Shown here: piece after piece, positions 42,987 to 51,626 of the stretch
How the letters are laid out: each line of letters opens with the position of its first letter
Position numbering within the stretch: position 1 is the first letter of the stretch
Source of the DNA: Candidatus Micrarchaeia archaeon
Lineage (GTDB): Archaea; Micrarchaeota; Micrarchaeia; Anstonellales; Anstonellaceae
Direction of reading: 5' to 3'
Assembly (NCBI GenBank): GCA_041663445.1
Contig: JBAYMR010000005.1
Coordinates: 996 to 64,995 of the forward strand
Length of the DNA stretch: 64,000 bases
The notes under the pieces: model-generated
Databases searched by the model: none
What the model was told of the DNA's origin: nothing
The model's input: only the letters and a program-made list of their open reading frames with translations
Made by a program: the position numbers and the translations under genes

Positions 42987-44216
42987 TTACGCCCCAAAAA
43001 GCCCGCCCTTGAGCACTTCTTCCATGCCGCCTTTTCCGCCGGGGCGCGGCTGGCTCCCCCTCTTGCCTTTTTTCCTGAAGACAAGCGCCGTGGAAATCGC
43101 GTTCGTGAAAAATATCGTGAAGAGCGCGAGGAGCTGAAGGTCCATGGGAAGCGAGGCTGCGGGAAGCTCGCCTGCCGCGATGACTGCGATGACCGCGCAA
43201 GTCAGCCCCCTGCCCGAGAAAGTCTCGAGCAGCCTGTCCTCCTTCGCGGAGCTGTCAACGAGGCGCACCAGCTTTCCCGAGAGGAGGCGCGCGGCTGCGA
43301 GCAGGAGCGAAAGGGCGAGCGCGAAGAGCGCGACATCGGCAGGCTTTGCCGAGTGGAACAGGAGCGCGCCCAGGTACACGAAGAAAAAGGTGCGGAGGAA
43401 AAAGCCTATTTCCGACTGGAAGCGGCGCACCTCGGCAATTGATGAGTGCGACGTGTTGCCAAGCAGGAAGGCGAATGCGAAAACCGCTATTACCCCGTTT
43501 GCCCCGACTGCCCCGGAGAGCGCATAGAGGAGCGCGGCCAGCCCGATGACAAGCAGGTGCGTGTTCTCGTGCTCCATCTTGGAGAAGATGGCTTTCCATA
43601 TCGCCGCAAAGATGCCGCCGAGCGCAAGCGAAAGCAGGAAGATGAACGCGAGCTGGAGGGGAAGGTCGGAGACTGGAAAGGCCGCCTTCACAAGCATTGC
43701 GGAGATTATGGTAAGCGAGAGGATTACCGAGAGCGCCTCTGAAAAGACGGTTTCAAGCTCGCCGATGCCCTTCACGCTTTCGGATGTCCCGATGCCGGAC
43801 AGGAAGCCCGAGAGGAGCTCGGGCGCGACGGAGGCGAACATGGCGCCGATGAGAATGGAGAACAGCAGGGGGAAGCCGGCTATGAAATAGAACAGGCCTG
43901 CGCCAAGCGAGAATGACAGGAGGAAGGAAACCGCGCCGAAAATGAATGCCTTGTGCACGTGCTTGTGGAGGTTCTCGAAGGGGATGAGCATGCCTTCTTC
44001 CAGCATTATCATGAGGAGCGCGACAGCGCCGAGCGGGAGCATGATGCCCTGCATGCCCGCAACCGCGCCACCAGGAAGCACGGCGCCGGCGGCGACGCCC
44101 AGGAGCATGAGGAGGAATACGTCTGATATCCCGGTCATCTTGAGAAACGCGCGCGAGAACACCCCTGCAAGTATGAGCACCCCAAGCGCGCCTATTGCTG
44201 CTTCCTGCCCTGCCAT
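42987..44216 (-). CDS. cation:proton antiporter (Na+/H+ exchanger family)
   Basis: 409 aa with about 11 TM helices and a CPA-type sequence pattern. Confidence 0.8.
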   Translation of the reverse strand: MAGQEAAIGALGVLILAGVFSRAFLKMTGISDVFLLMLLGVAAGAVLPGGAVAGMQGIMLPLGAVALLMIMLEEGMLIPFENLHKHVHKAFIFGAVSFLLSFSLGAGLFYFIAGFPLLFSILIGAMFASVAPELLSGFLSGIGTSESVKGIGELETVFSEALSVILSLTIISAMLVKAAFPVSDLPLQLAFIFLLSLALGGIFAAIWKAIFSKMEHENTHLLVIGLAALLYALSGAVGANGVIAVFAFAFLLGNTSHSSIAEVRRFQSEIGFFLRTFFFVYLGALLFHSAKPADVALFALALSLLLAAARLLSGKLVRLVDSSAKEDRLLETFSGRGLTCAVIAVIAAGELPAASLPMDLQLLALFTIFFTNAISTALVFRKKGKRGSQPRPGGKGGMEEVLKGGLFGA

Positions 44217-44238
44217 GATGGCAATGCGGAAAGCACTG

Positions 44239-44246
44239 ATTTAAAA
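44239..44246 (+). promoter_or_regulatory. TATA box (ATTTAAAA) 27-34 nt upstream of tRNA-Gln
   Basis: Sequence and spacing fit an archaeal tRNA promoter. Confidence 0.5.
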
Positions 44247-44272
44247 CCATACTGCATACAAAAAAACCTGGT

Positions 44273-44380
44273 AGCCCCATCGTCCAGTGGTCAAGGATAC
44301 GAGGCTCTGACGAACCGGATCTTGCCCGCCTTTCGGGGCGGAGATACCTCGGGACATCGGTTCGAATCCGATTGGGGCTA
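44273..44380 (+). tRNA. tRNA-Gln(CUG) with a 35-nt canonical intron
   Basis: AGCCCCA TC GTCC AGTGGTCAA GGAT A CGAGG CTCTGA [intron] A CCTCG GGAC ATCGG TTCGAAT CCGAT TGGGGCT A. Has the A1:U72 pair typical of archaeal tRNA-Gln. Bulge-helix-bulge geometry: CTCT pairs with GGAG, flanked by 3-nt bulges. Confidence 0.85.
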
Positions 44381-44403
44381 CTCTTTTCTTTACATTAGGT
44401 TTC

Positions 44404-44449
44404 GCCCCAATTCTCGCCACCCTTCGGGTGACGATCCGATTGGGGCTAC
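44404..44449 (+). repeat. tRNA-Gln 3'-end copy folded as a minihelix (unit 1)
   Basis: GCCCCAAT (44404-44411) pairs with ATTGGGGC (44439-44446). It encloses hairpin GCCACCC-TTC-GGGTGAC. ATCCGATTGGGGCTAC is identical to the tRNA from T-loop position 59 to 2 nt past the discriminator base. Confidence 0.6.
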
Positions 44450-44477
44450 TTTATCTTTCCTCTTTCCATTAGCTGCC

Positions 44478-44515
44478 GCCCCAATTCCCGCGGGGCTCGG
44501 CTGGATTGGGGCTAT
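44478..44515 (+). repeat. tRNA-Gln 3'-end copy folded as a minihelix (unit 2)
   Basis: GCCCCAAT (44478-44485) pairs with ATTGGGGC (44505-44512) and is followed by a T-rich tract. A collapsed third unit, GCCCAAATCGGGGC, lies at 44534-44547. Confidence 0.55.
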
Positions 44516-44547
44516 TCATTTTTTTACTTTCTTGCCCAAATCGGGGC

Positions 44548-44739
44548 ATGGCAAGGCACCACCCCCGGCGCTCAAGGACAAGCGGGAAAAAAATCGTCTA
44601 CATCACGCCGTACCGGAACCTTGCGGTGGAAATGAAGCAGATGTACGAGAAGAAAGGGGAGCATGCCGAAGTCGGGTCAGAGACGGACCGGGGCGGCACC
44701 ACGCTGTTCATGGTTTATGTATTCGAGAAAGGATATTGA
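44548..44739 (+). CDS. hypothetical small basic protein
   Basis: 63-aa ORF starting at MARHHPRRSR, directly after the third repeat remnant. No family recognised. Confidence 0.35.
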   Translation: MARHHPRRSRTSGKKIVYITPYRNLAVEMKQMYEKKGEHAEVGSETDRGGTTLFMVYVFEKGY

Positions 44740-44745
44740 GATGAT

Positions 44746-45012
44746 TTGATGGAAAATGGCAGGCGCGCGGCGGTTTTGAGGAAGGGCGAGGTGGACATAC
44801 GCCTCAAGCGGATGGGAATGTACCAGGTGCTGCCCTTCAAGATAGAACGGGTTGACACTCCGACAGGCAAGGTGCCTTACCTGTGCAGCGACCGCGCGAT
44901 TGAGATGCCCGAGCTTTTGAGGATTGCGACGGAATTTGACCTTCCCGTCTGCGCGCAGAAGAACAGGGTAGTCCCGCGCGGGAAGATGGAAAAGGATTTT
45001 GTAGGGCTGTAG
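44746..45012 (+). CDS. hypothetical small protein
   Basis: 88-aa ORF 6 nt after the previous one. No family recognised. Confidence 0.4.
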   Translation: MMENGRRAAVLRKGEVDIRLKRMGMYQVLPFKIERVDTPTGKVPYLCSDRAIEMPELLRIATEFDLPVCAQKNRVVPRGKMEKDFVGL

Positions 45013-45600
45013 TCAGCCGGAAAGAGCCTTGCGTATCTTCTCGCCCGTGATTGCCTCGCGCATGAGCGCGTCCGGGAACGACACGCGCGCGTGTTTCTTG
45101 GTCTTCCCCGAGATGATTGCCTCCGCCTCCTTCTGCACCTGCGCAAGCGTTTTTCCAGTCGTGTCAATTTCCCACACCTTGCGTGCGCCAAAATTCTTCT
45201 CGGACTGCACGGTGCAGTAGTCAAGGGCCTCGGAAAGAGCATTCTGCGAAAGCTTGGAGGGGGAATAGCTGCGCGGCGACAGGCGCTGCCGGAGCTCCTT
45301 GGGGTCGCAGCGGAGCACCAGCACCTTCTGCACGGGAAGCTTCATCTCGCAGCCAAGGTGCCCCTCGGCGACAATGCTTTTCTTTTCGGATTTTATCGCC
45401 TCGGCCAACTCGCGCGAAAGGGCGGGAAGCTTCACCACCTTTGCCCCGTCGCTCTCGTCGGTGTGCGAGTAAAGCCCGAGCAGCTCCGCAAGCTCGTTTA
45501 TCTCAAGAAGGGAGGCGCCCGATTTTTTGCAGATGGAATGCGCGAGCGTGGTCTTGCCCGTGCCCGGAACGCCGGTGATTAGTGTTGCGGTGCGCGCCAT
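45013..45600 (-). CDS. Fap7-like adenylate kinase / nucleoside-triphosphatase
   Basis: P-loop GVPGTGKTT, followed by sequence typical of archaeal AK6/Fap7 homologs. Confidence 0.75.
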   Translation of the reverse strand: MARTATLITGVPGTGKTTLAHSICKKSGASLLEINELAELLGLYSHTDESDGAKVVKLPALSRELAEAIKSEKKSIVAEGHLGCEMKLPVQKVLVLRCDPKELRQRLSPRSYSPSKLSQNALSEALDYCTVQSEKNFGARKVWEIDTTGKTLAQVQKEAEAIISGKTKKHARVSFPDALMREAITGEKIRKALSG

Positions 45601-45604
45601 GGAA

Positions 45605-46042
45605 TCACAGCTTCTTGGCAAGCGAGGACAGCAGCTTCTTGCCCTCGGACAGCGCTTTTTTGCCCGCCGGCGTGAGCGCGTAGTACTTGCGCCTGCCTTC
45701 GAATTTCGAGGAAATCAGTTTTTCCTCCTCAAGCTTGTAAAGCACGAAATAGGCCATGAGCTTGGATGGCTTGTAGCCGAATGCGCGCGAAATCTCGCCG
45801 GGAAGGGCATAGGCGTATGCCTTGCGCCTGTGCATGAGCGAAAGCGCGGCAAGCCATATGTTCCCGTGCGTAAGCGAATAGTTGAGGCGGTTCATCGGCT
45901 TGCTTTCGTTTGCTGGCATAGGATTGCCCCGTTTGCGCGCGGGTTTGGCATGCTTGCCGGCGCGCTCGTATTTGTCAGTGCACTCTCCATTGCTGGCGCG
46001 CCAGCGCTTTGCGGCTGCGCCCGTGCTGGCTGGTGCGCTCAT
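45605..46042 (-). CDS. PadR-family transcriptional regulator
   Basis: Winged-helix core YALPGEISRAFGYKPSKLMAYFVLYKLEEEKLISS...RRKYYALTPAGKKAL. The start overlaps the purF stop as ATGA. An internal start at 45919 is possible. Confidence 0.7.
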   Translation of the reverse strand: MSAPASTGAAAKRWRASNGECTDKYERAGKHAKPARKRGNPMPANESKPMNRLNYSLTHGNIWLAALSLMHRRKAYAYALPGEISRAFGYKPSKLMAYFVLYKLEEEKLISSKFEGRRKYYALTPAGKKALSEGKKLLSSLAKKL

Positions 46043-47508
46043 TCCTGCTCTTCCCAGGCGCGGATTCCACTCTTGTTGCCTGCGGATTTCATTTTCCTGG
46101 CAATGTCAATGCCGATTTGCGTCGGATACGCCTCGTCAAGGCACCCAGTGCAAAGCTCCTCCTTTTTCATGCCGATTGCCTGCACAAGGCCATCCATTGC
46201 CTGGTAGACGAGCGAGTCCGCGCCCACTGCCTTGCGGATTTCCTCCACGCTTTTCCTCGTGGCGATAAGCTCCTTGTAGGTGGGCATGTCCACTCCGTAG
46301 AAGCAGGGCGCCATGATGGGCGGGCTCGTGATTCTCAAGTGTATTTCCTTTGCGCCCGCCTCGCGCACGAGCTTCACGATAGGGCCCATGGTGGTGCCGC
46401 GCACGATGGAATCGTCAATGAGCACCACGCGCTTGCCGTCCAGCACGTGCCGCACCGCGTTGAGCTTGAGGCGTATCGCGTCCTCGCGCTTTTTCTGCGA
46501 CGGCATGATGAATGTCCTGCCGATGTAGCGGTTCTTTATCAGCCCTTCGGCGACAGGTATGCCGCTTTCCTGCGAATAGCCCTCCACTGCGGAGCGCGCG
46601 GTGTCCGGCACCGCGACAACCACGTCCGCCTTCACCGGCGCCGCCCGCGCGAGCGCGCGCCCAAGGCTGTGGCGCACCTCGTATACCCATTTGCCGTCGA
46701 TTTTCGAGTCGGGGCGCGCGAAATAAACGTACTCGAACATGCAGTGGCGCGGGTTGCTGCCGCCCACTGTTTTGCGCTTCACAACGCCGTTTGAGACGAC
46801 CACCACTTCGCCGGGCGCAACGTCGCCCTTCAGCGGGCATTTGATGATGTCGAGCGCCACCGACTCCGAGGCGAAGACAATCTTGTCGTCGTCCCTGCCC
46901 CAGCAGAGCGGGCGGATGGAATGCGGGTCGCGGAAGGCGACCAGGTCGCCATCGTCGGTTATGAAAACCACGGAATATGAGCCGTCAAGCGTCTTCATGA
47001 GCGCCGCGGCGGCCTCGAAATAGTCCGGCTTCTTGTTGTATTGGGCGACATACTCGGCGAGTATGAGCTCGGCGTCGCAGGTGGAGCAGAATTTCGCCCC
47101 CGCATCCTCCATTGCCTTGCGCGCCCTGCCGTAGTTTGAGATGTTGCCGTTGTGCGCAAGCGCGAATTTCTTCCCGTTAATCTCAGCCATGAATGGCTGC
47201 GCGTCCTCCGCGCCGCCTGCGCCGATGGTGGGATAGCGCACATGCCCGATGCCCACGTGCCCTGGGAGCGACTCGATTGCCTTTGGGCTGAGCACGTCCG
47301 GAACAAAGCCCAGGCCGCGCACCGTGGTTATTTTCTTGCCGTCCGATGTGGAGGCGCCTGCGGAGTCCTGGCCGCGGTGCTGGAGGTTCATGAGGCCGAA
47401 ATAGATGTCGCCTGCAACGTCCTTGCCTGAAAAGGAATAGATGCCGAAGGCGCCGCAGTATTCGCGCTTGTCCGCGTCCGAGTGGATAGGCTGGGAGGAG
47501 GTTACCAT
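46039..47508 (-). CDS. purF: amidophosphoribosyltransferase
   Basis: Ntn Cys in CGAFGIY after a short propeptide, plus a PRTase motif VLIDDSIVRGTT. Confidence 0.9.
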   Translation of the reverse strand: MVTSSQPIHSDADKREYCGAFGIYSFSGKDVAGDIYFGLMNLQHRGQDSAGASTSDGKKITTVRGLGFVPDVLSPKAIESLPGHVGIGHVRYPTIGAGGAEDAQPFMAEINGKKFALAHNGNISNYGRARKAMEDAGAKFCSTCDAELILAEYVAQYNKKPDYFEAAAALMKTLDGSYSVVFITDDGDLVAFRDPHSIRPLCWGRDDDKIVFASESVALDIIKCPLKGDVAPGEVVVVSNGVVKRKTVGGSNPRHCMFEYVYFARPDSKIDGKWVYEVRHSLGRALARAAPVKADVVVAVPDTARSAVEGYSQESGIPVAEGLIKNRYIGRTFIMPSQKKREDAIRLKLNAVRHVLDGKRVVLIDDSIVRGTTMGPIVKLVREAGAKEIHLRITSPPIMAPCFYGVDMPTYKELIATRKSVEEIRKAVGADSLVYQAMDGLVQAIGMKKEELCTGCLDEAYPTQIGIDIARKMKSAGNKSGIRAWEEQE

Positions 47509-47552
47509 ACGGATAATTGGAAGGAAAAGCTTTTGAAGCTAGTTTCCCAACG

Positions 47553-48362
47553 ATGGACATGGACAAACTTCTTTGCATGCCGCGCCCGAAAAGGGGGAGC
47601 CACAAGGGGCAGAACGGCGTGGTGCTCATAATCGGCGGGAGCGGGACATACCATGGCGCGCCCGTGCTGGCTGCGCGCGCAGCCGTCAGGTTTTGCGACC
47701 TGGTTTACTTCTTTTCCAGCCCTGAAAACCAGTCCGTGGTCAGGAAAATGAAATTCTCCACGGCAAACGTCATCTGCGTGCCGAAAAGCAAATTCAGTTT
47801 CGCGCTTGCGCACGCCACTTGCGTGCTGGTGGGGAACGGGATGGACACGGGCGCTGCCACGCGCGCAATGGCATCCCGCGTGCTGAAAAGCGGCAAGCGC
47901 TGCGTAATTGATGCTGCAGCCTTGCGCGTGCTGCCAGTGAAACTTCTGCACAAGGGCGTAATTTTGACGCCGCACATGCGGGAGTTTGCGGCTGCATTCG
48001 GCTGCGAGGCAGATGAGGGGAATGTGAAAAGGATGGCGGAAAAATACGGCTGCACCATACTTCTCAAAGGGGAGCGCGATTCCGTTGCCGCGCCGGGAAA
48101 GTTTGCAAGGGTGAAGGGCGGCAATGCGGGCATGACAAAAGGCGGCACGGGAGACGTGCTTGCAGGCCTGTGCGCTGCGCTGTTTTCGCGATGCGATGAC
48201 CCGATGCGCGCGGCATACACGGCTTCGGCGCTGAACAAGCGGGCGGGGGAGCTGCTTTTCAAGCGATACAAATACAACTTCTCATCCGAGGATTTGGCGG
48301 ACGGGCTTGCCTGCGCAGCCATCTTTTTGCAGGGCAAAAAGCGGGCGGCCCGTGCGCCTTAG
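47553..48362 (+). CDS. nnrD: ADP-dependent NAD(P)H-hydrate dehydratase (YjeF C-terminal type)
   Basis: GSHKGQNGVVLIIGGS...YHGAPVLAA and GGTGDVLAG motifs. Confidence 0.85.
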   Translation: MDMDKLLCMPRPKRGSHKGQNGVVLIIGGSGTYHGAPVLAARAAVRFCDLVYFFSSPENQSVVRKMKFSTANVICVPKSKFSFALAHATCVLVGNGMDTGAATRAMASRVLKSGKRCVIDAAALRVLPVKLLHKGVILTPHMREFAAAFGCEADEGNVKRMAEKYGCTILLKGERDSVAAPGKFARVKGGNAGMTKGGTGDVLAGLCAALFSRCDDPMRAAYTASALNKRAGELLFKRYKYNFSSEDLADGLACAAIFLQGKKRAARAP

Positions 48363-48808
48363 CCGAGTTTCATTGCGGTTGCGCGATGGAAAAGCCCTTC
48401 CGCAAATTCAAGCGCGCCTTCAACGTCCTTTTCCTCGAATGAGCCATACCTGTAGCCCGCTTGGTGCAGCTTTGCAGCATAGGAAAAATATTTGTCGTAG
48501 TCGGGCCTCGTTATCAGTTTCCTATTCAGCAAATTGTCCCGGACCAAAAACTGCAATGCCATCCTCCCGGTGAATTCCTTTTCCCTGCCAGGGTAGGCAA
48601 TCTTATCCACCCCTTGGAGATAAAGCATCGCCTCGAGTGAATTTTCTATTGCGCGAAATGCCTCTTCGGCAGCGACGAACATGTGGTCTTCCCCTAAATT
48701 ATATCTTGATGATTGCAGGTATTGCTCGGCTTTTTGCAGCGCCCAGCCAGCCATTGCCGCCCTGTCAGGCTTGGCGGGCGGCTGCGAACCTTCTTGGTTT
48801 TTTGCCAT
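48359..48808 (-). CDS. HEPN-domain protein (partner of the upstream nucleotidyltransferase)
   Basis: Four-helix HEPN-like pattern (AEQYLQSSRYNL...AAEEAFRAIENSLEAML). I could not see a clear Rx4-6H motif. Overlaps the MNT gene by 44 nt. Confidence 0.65.
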   Translation of the reverse strand: MAKNQEGSQPPAKPDRAAMAGWALQKAEQYLQSSRYNLGEDHMFVAAEEAFRAIENSLEAMLYLQGVDKIAYPGREKEFTGRMALQFLVRDNLLNRKLITRPDYDKYFSYAAKLHQAGYRYGSFEEKDVEGALEFAEGLFHRATAMKLG

Positions 48809-49370
48809 AAAGCTCCACCCCCTCTGCTTGAACGCTTACCGCAAATCGCTCCTGCTTTTTCAGGTCAGCCAGGTATTCGTCCTGCGTGAACACCACAGGA
48901 TAGCACGAAATGCCGTATTTGGCTGCCACTTCCCCATCCACGTATGGAACCAGCGCGTTGAAAAGTTGCTCTTTTTCCTTTTCAGCCTTCACTATAAAGA
49001 CCATGTCTATGTCGCTTGGCGCGCCCACCAAATCCTGGCGCACCTGTTGCCTTGCCGCACTTCCAGCAAGGAGGACTGCCTTGATGCCGGGTGTTGATGA
49101 AACTGCGAACTTGCATATTTCATCAGCCGCTTCCCGATAAGCCGCATTCAGGCTCATAAAAAGCTTTTTGAGTGCCGGCGTGAGGAAGTGCCTTTCATTG
49201 ATTTGGTATAGCTTGCCCTTTCCAACACGCTCCATTTTTACAAGCCCGGCCTGGACAAGGGAGGGCATTTGCCTGTTCACTTCCGACACCGCCATGTTTG
49301 CTTTCGATGCCAGTGCAGACTCGAGGAATCGCTGGCCCGGGTTGTTCAGGAGCACGTCCAGCGCAGCCAC
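48765..49370 (-). CDS. wHTH plus minimal nucleotidyltransferase (MNT) domain protein
   Basis: GSAARQQ...SDIDMVFIV matches the GS-x-x-R...DxD nucleotidyltransferase motif. N-terminal winged-helix-like segment. Confidence 0.7.
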   Translation of the reverse strand: MAALDVLLNNPGQRFLESALASKANMAVSEVNRQMPSLVQAGLVKMERVGKGKLYQINERHFLTPALKKLFMSLNAAYREAADEICKFAVSSTPGIKAVLLAGSAARQQVRQDLVGAPSDIDMVFIVKAEKEKEQLFNALVPYVDGEVAAKYGISCYPVVFTQDEYLADLKKQERFAVSVQAEGVELYGKKPRRFAAARQA

Positions 49371-49513
49371 CCTGGTGCGCGTACCGATTATTCGTTCAAG
49401 ATACAGACACTCACCTTTTGGTTTTCAGAAAACGTTTTCGGAAAAAGGAAATATAAAGGTTTCCCTTGCGGGAATGGCACGCTTTTATACCCCTATCAAG
49501 CCTAATCCGCCAT

Positions 49514-50500
49514 ATGGACAAAAACGTGTCTTTCAAGAGGAAGATAAGCTCGCGCGCCATCAGGGGCTCGGCGCTGATGCCAATCAAGGGCTTTGCGCTC
49601 AGCCCGGGCATCACGGCAGAAGAGCTGCTCGCGGCCTATTCGTCCATAGGCTTCCAGGCAAGCCACCTTGGGAAAGCCGCAAAAATCGTGCGCAGGATGC
49701 AGGACGACAAGACCACCATTTTCCTTTCCTTTACCTCGAACATGGTGTCGTCCGGCCTGCGCGAGATAATAGCCCAGCTTTGCGAGAGGAAGCTGGTGCA
49801 GGCCATCATCACATCCACCGGCTCAATCGAGGAGGACGTGATGAAGTGCTCGGAGCTTTTCACGCTGGGAAGCTTCACTGCCGACGACACGCAGGTGAAG
49901 GCGAACGGCATGAACAGGATTGGCAACATTTTCGTAAAGGACGAGCAGTATGCCAACTTCGAAAAATTCCACCTCGCATTCATGGACGAGATGCACAAGA
50001 AACACAACGGGAAGATGTGCATGAGCGAATACGTTGCAGAGCTTGGCGCGCGCCTTGACGACAGGAACTCCTTCCTTTACTGGTGCTCGAAAAACAGGAT
50101 ACCCGTCTTCCTGCCAGGCCCGCTGGACGGGGCGATGGGCGACCATTTCTATTTCTTCAACAAGTCGCATTCCAGCCAGCCGTTCGTCATTGACGCCGCC
50201 GAGGAAATCCGCCGCTTCTACGACATCATGCTCCTTGCGGACAAGACGTCGGGCATAATACTTGGCGGCGGGATTGCGAAGCACCACCTCATCGGCGCGG
50301 CAATATTGAGGAACGGGCTGGACTATGCGGTTTACCTCTCCACCGGCACCGAGGGGGACGGCTCGCTTTCCGGCGCGCGCCCGCGCGAGGCGGTGTCCTG
50401 GAACAAGCTCAAGCGCGAGGAGGATTCGGCGTTCGTGGAAGGCGACGCCACGCTCACTTTCCCGCTTTTGGCGTGCTCCATGCTTCCGAGGGAAAAGTAG
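49514..50500 (+). CDS. dys: deoxyhypusine synthase
   Basis: Typical Dys sequence including GGGIAKHH. Start taken at MDKNVSF. Confidence 0.9.
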   Translation: MDKNVSFKRKISSRAIRGSALMPIKGFALSPGITAEELLAAYSSIGFQASHLGKAAKIVRRMQDDKTTIFLSFTSNMVSSGLREIIAQLCERKLVQAIITSTGSIEEDVMKCSELFTLGSFTADDTQVKANGMNRIGNIFVKDEQYANFEKFHLAFMDEMHKKHNGKMCMSEYVAELGARLDDRNSFLYWCSKNRIPVFLPGPLDGAMGDHFYFFNKSHSSQPFVIDAAEEIRRFYDIMLLADKTSGIILGGGIAKHHLIGAAILRNGLDYAVYLSTGTEGDGSLSGARPREAVSWNKLKREEDSAFVEGDATLTFPLLACSMLPREK

Positions 50501-50590
50501 CATTCTGCCGGCGTGGCGCCAGAGGGCGAATGTGAAGCTTTTTAAATTTGAATAGGCTACTTATGCCAGACAGCTAACAAAGGTGAGCTC

Positions 50591-50845
50591 ATGGTGAAAA
50601 TAGTTATCGCAAAACAGCTTGCAGGCAAGAAGATAATCACGAATGACGGCGAGGACCTGGGAAGGCTCATTGACCTTGAGATTTCCGAAGGCTCAGGCAA
50701 GATTGAGAACCTCCTTTTGGAGCCCAACCTCGACAACCCGACTGCAAGGCGCCTCAACAAGGAGGACGGCCTGCTCGTGGTGCCCTACTCATCCGTGCTT
50801 GCGGCTTCCGACCACATCATCGTGGACAAGAAGACGATTGGCTGA
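50591..50845 (+). CDS. PRC-barrel domain protein
   Basis: 84 aa. GKKIITNDGEDLGRLIDLEI...LLVVPYSSV is typical of PRC-barrel proteins. Confidence 0.75.
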   Translation: MVKIVIAKQLAGKKIITNDGEDLGRLIDLEISEGSGKIENLLLEPNLDNPTARRLNKEDGLLVVPYSSVLAASDHIIVDKKTIG

Positions 50846-50950
50846 TTTCCTGCTTTTTGGTTATTTTTTCCGCCCCTTAGCGTGCGCGCTGCGGCGTTTT
50901 CAAGCCGGTTTTTAATCCTAGCCCCCATAAATGCACCGGGAGGTAATGCT

Positions 50951-51511
50951 ATGGCCCTTGAAATTGCCCTGATGATAATCGGCGCGGTGATTTTGCTTCT
51001 GGCGCTCTTCTTCGTGCTCGCCTACAATTCGCTCGTCACGATGCGCAACAGGATTGACAATGCCTGGTCGCAGATTGACGTGCAGCTGAAGAAGAGGCAC
51101 GACCTCATACCCAACCTCGTGGAGACCGTGAAGGGATATACCAAGCACGAGAAGACGGTGTTCGAGGGCGTGACAAAGGCGCGCGCGGCTGCGCTTGGCG
51201 CGCAGTCGGTTTCCGAGAAGGCAAGGGCTGAAGGGCAGCTTTCCCAGGCGCTCAAGAGCGTTTTCGCGGTTGCCGAGGCATACCCGAAGCTCGAGGCAAG
51301 CGCAAACTTCAAGATGCTCCAGGAGGAGCTGTCGGGCATCGAGGGGAAAATCGCCTACGCGCGCCAGTTCTACAACGACACCGTGATGTCCTACAACACT
51401 TCCATCCAGACCGTGCCCACCAACATGGTGGCAGGCATGTTCAACTTCAGCGCGCGCGACTTCTTCAAGGCCGACGAGGGCGAGCGCGAGAACGTGAAAG
51501 TGAAGTTCTAG
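50951..51511 (+). CDS. LemA family protein
   Basis: N-terminal TM helix followed by [33 protein letters not shown]-type LemA sequence. Confidence 0.85.
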   Translation: MALEIALMIIGAVILLLALFFVLAYNSLVTMRNRIDNAWSQIDVQLKKRHDLIPNLVETVKGYTKHEKTVFEGVTKARAAALGAQSVSEKARAEGQLSQALKSVFAVAEAYPKLEASANFKMLQEELSGIEGKIAYARQFYNDTVMSYNTSIQTVPTNMVAGMFNFSARDFFKADEGERENVKVKF

Positions 51512-51626
51512 CGTTCCGCTTTTTGTTTTTCTTTTACCGGTTCAGCGTGCGCCGGTTCTTTTTTTTTAGGGCGAAAGCAATGCCTGGCGCGCGCTAGCTT
51601 TTCTTTTTTCAAGCCAGCATCCATTT

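Noticed and set aside
44322-44744. 140-aa track ORF covering tRNA-Gln and its repeat units.
   Set aside because: It overlaps a well-supported tRNA and the structured repeats. Only the distal part (from 44548) is kept, as a low-confidence small ORF.
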